From positions 5,394,001 through 5,458,000 of the forward strand of contig NC_091475.1 of assembly GCF_036971445.1 (NCBI RefSeq): a stretch of DNA of 64,000 nucleotides, read 5' to 3'. The stretch comes from Narcine bancroftii (lineage: Eukaryota). The position numbers and the translations under genes are program-made. Each line of letters opens with the position of its first letter. Positions within the stretch are counted from its first letter, which is position 1. The notes under the pieces are model-generated. The model did no database searches. It was not told where the DNA came from and worked only from the letters and a program-made list of their open reading frames with translations. Of this stretch, positions 62,546-64,000 are shown one piece after another.

Positions 62546-63104
62546 GAGGAGAATTATCTGAGATGATAGAAGTCCAGTTCAACTGGAAATGAAAACGCAG
62601 GCAAGTGAAAGACATAGATAAAGTAAACAGGGTTGGGATTTTTTTTCCCCAGGATAAAAAATTACACACCCTAAAGGATGTGTTTAAGGGGAGGGGGTCA
62701 TTTTTTTTACATTGAAAGTGATGGGTATTTAGAAAGGGCTGCCAGGTGAGAGTAGTAGAGTTTTAATTTAATTTGGCTATTTTTATAGCCAAACATCTTG
62801 GGGTGAATGGCTTACTCTTGTACTGTACAAAGAATGGTGGTACTGCTGCCGGTGTGGGCCTGCAGGGTCCATTCACCCAGCCCGACTGCCGTTGCCTCTG
62901 TGCAGGCTTTAAACAGCCTGTTAAAGGAGACTATGGCGGTTTATTTTTAAATCTTTGTTTAGGCCCAAGATGGCGGTGCTGATGATCGACAGCAACCTCG
63001 AGGAGTTGCAGACTCTGGGGAAGTTGGCAGGGCATCAGAAAATGGGGAGAGCACCCCCCCCCACCACCACACACCCCACCGTTTGAGAAGGAGAAACAGA
63101 GATG

Positions 63105-63968
63105 TAAAGAAATTATTACAAAAGGAGTTCATAAATCAAGATATAAATGGGAGGTAGATTTAAATAAGCAAATAGATGAACGTAAATGGATTCAGATATG
63201 TAGAGAGAGTATGAAAAGTACAATAAATGTGAGATAATGGTTAGTTCAGTAAAATTTTATTCATCAGTTATATTTAACACCACAAAAGTTACATAATATG
63301 AATTATATAAATGTGTTTTAGGTGTGGACAAGAAGTTGGTACTTTTTTCCATTTGACTTGGCAGTGTTCCACAATTAAACCTTTTTGGCTTAATTTGGGT
63401 AATTTATTAGAACGGATAGCTGGAGTAAGATTCCCACAAGATCCAAATGTTAGTTTTACTGGGAGATGTTAGAGGGATTAAACCTAAATTAAAATTGACT
63501 ATATATCAAGTAAAATTTGTTCAGATTGCCTTGGCAATAGCTAGAAAATGTATCGCTATAACTTGGAAGTCGGATATTGATTTGGGAATGGATAGATGGC
63601 ATGTAGAAGTTCGGAGTTGTATTCCACTTGAGAAAATTACCCATAAGAATTTAAGAGATAAATATCATACATTTTGTGAAATAGGGAGCCCATATTTACA
63701 ATCTGTTGGTATTAAAATCTAAATGAATCTTGAACATTCCCTTTCTCTTATAGGTCTCTTAAGTTTAAAAGTATTGGAAAGTGAAGTGGTCCTGTTGTGG
63801 TTTTCTAATAGGGGGTTGAGGGGAGGGGGTGGGGGGGTATTTATAAGTTTTTCTTTCTTTTGTATTTCTTTATTTTCTTTTTTTATATAAAACACCACAT
63901 GTACTTGGATTAAATTTGAAATATCGTGATATGTTTGCGAAGTAGTTTTATATTAAATAAAATATAAA
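63105..63968 (+). mobile_element. L1-clade 3' fragment
   Basis: CFRCGQEVGTFFHLTWQC, IALAIARKCIAITWKS..PLEKIT; G-rich then AATAAA/A-rich end. Confidence 0.85.
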
Positions 63969-64000
63969 CGAGACGGAGAAACAGAGGGGATGACCCATGG

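Overview
Eukaryotic, repeat-dense vertebrate genomic DNA, most consistent with a cartilaginous fish (ray or shark). This is inferred from a HE1/V-SINE-like element and the mix of CR1, L2, L1, Penelope, RTE and Gypsy repeats. One intact host gene is supported: a minus-strand NXPE3-like gene (neurexophilin/PC-esterase family) with five coding exons (28317-28210, 26271-25496, 18082-18009, 16264-16055, 10019-9469). All introns are GT-AG with matching phases, giving 572 aa with an N-terminal TM anchor, a GDS motif and a C-terminal HxxH motif. Most of the rest is transposon-derived: a near-complete CR1 in the last intron, several Gypsy relics and solo LTRs, two young RTE copies with TSDs, L1, L2 and Penelope fragments, a decayed Harbinger, hAT-type MITEs, and 5S- and tRNA-derived SINEs. 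The most notable observation is that two divergent Gypsy elements lack a tRNA primer-binding site and instead carry, just after the 5' LTR, a sequence complementary to their own LTR poly(A)-signal region, with covariation between them. Other points: a dimeric MITE that carries a captured spacer, an unexplained 106-bp inverted repeat pair, two minisatellites (one born from a CR1 RT motif), and an overlapping upstream ORF on NXPE3. No prokaryotic systems or CRISPR arrays are present. Boundaries of old repeats are approximate, and family names come from motif recognition, not database searches.
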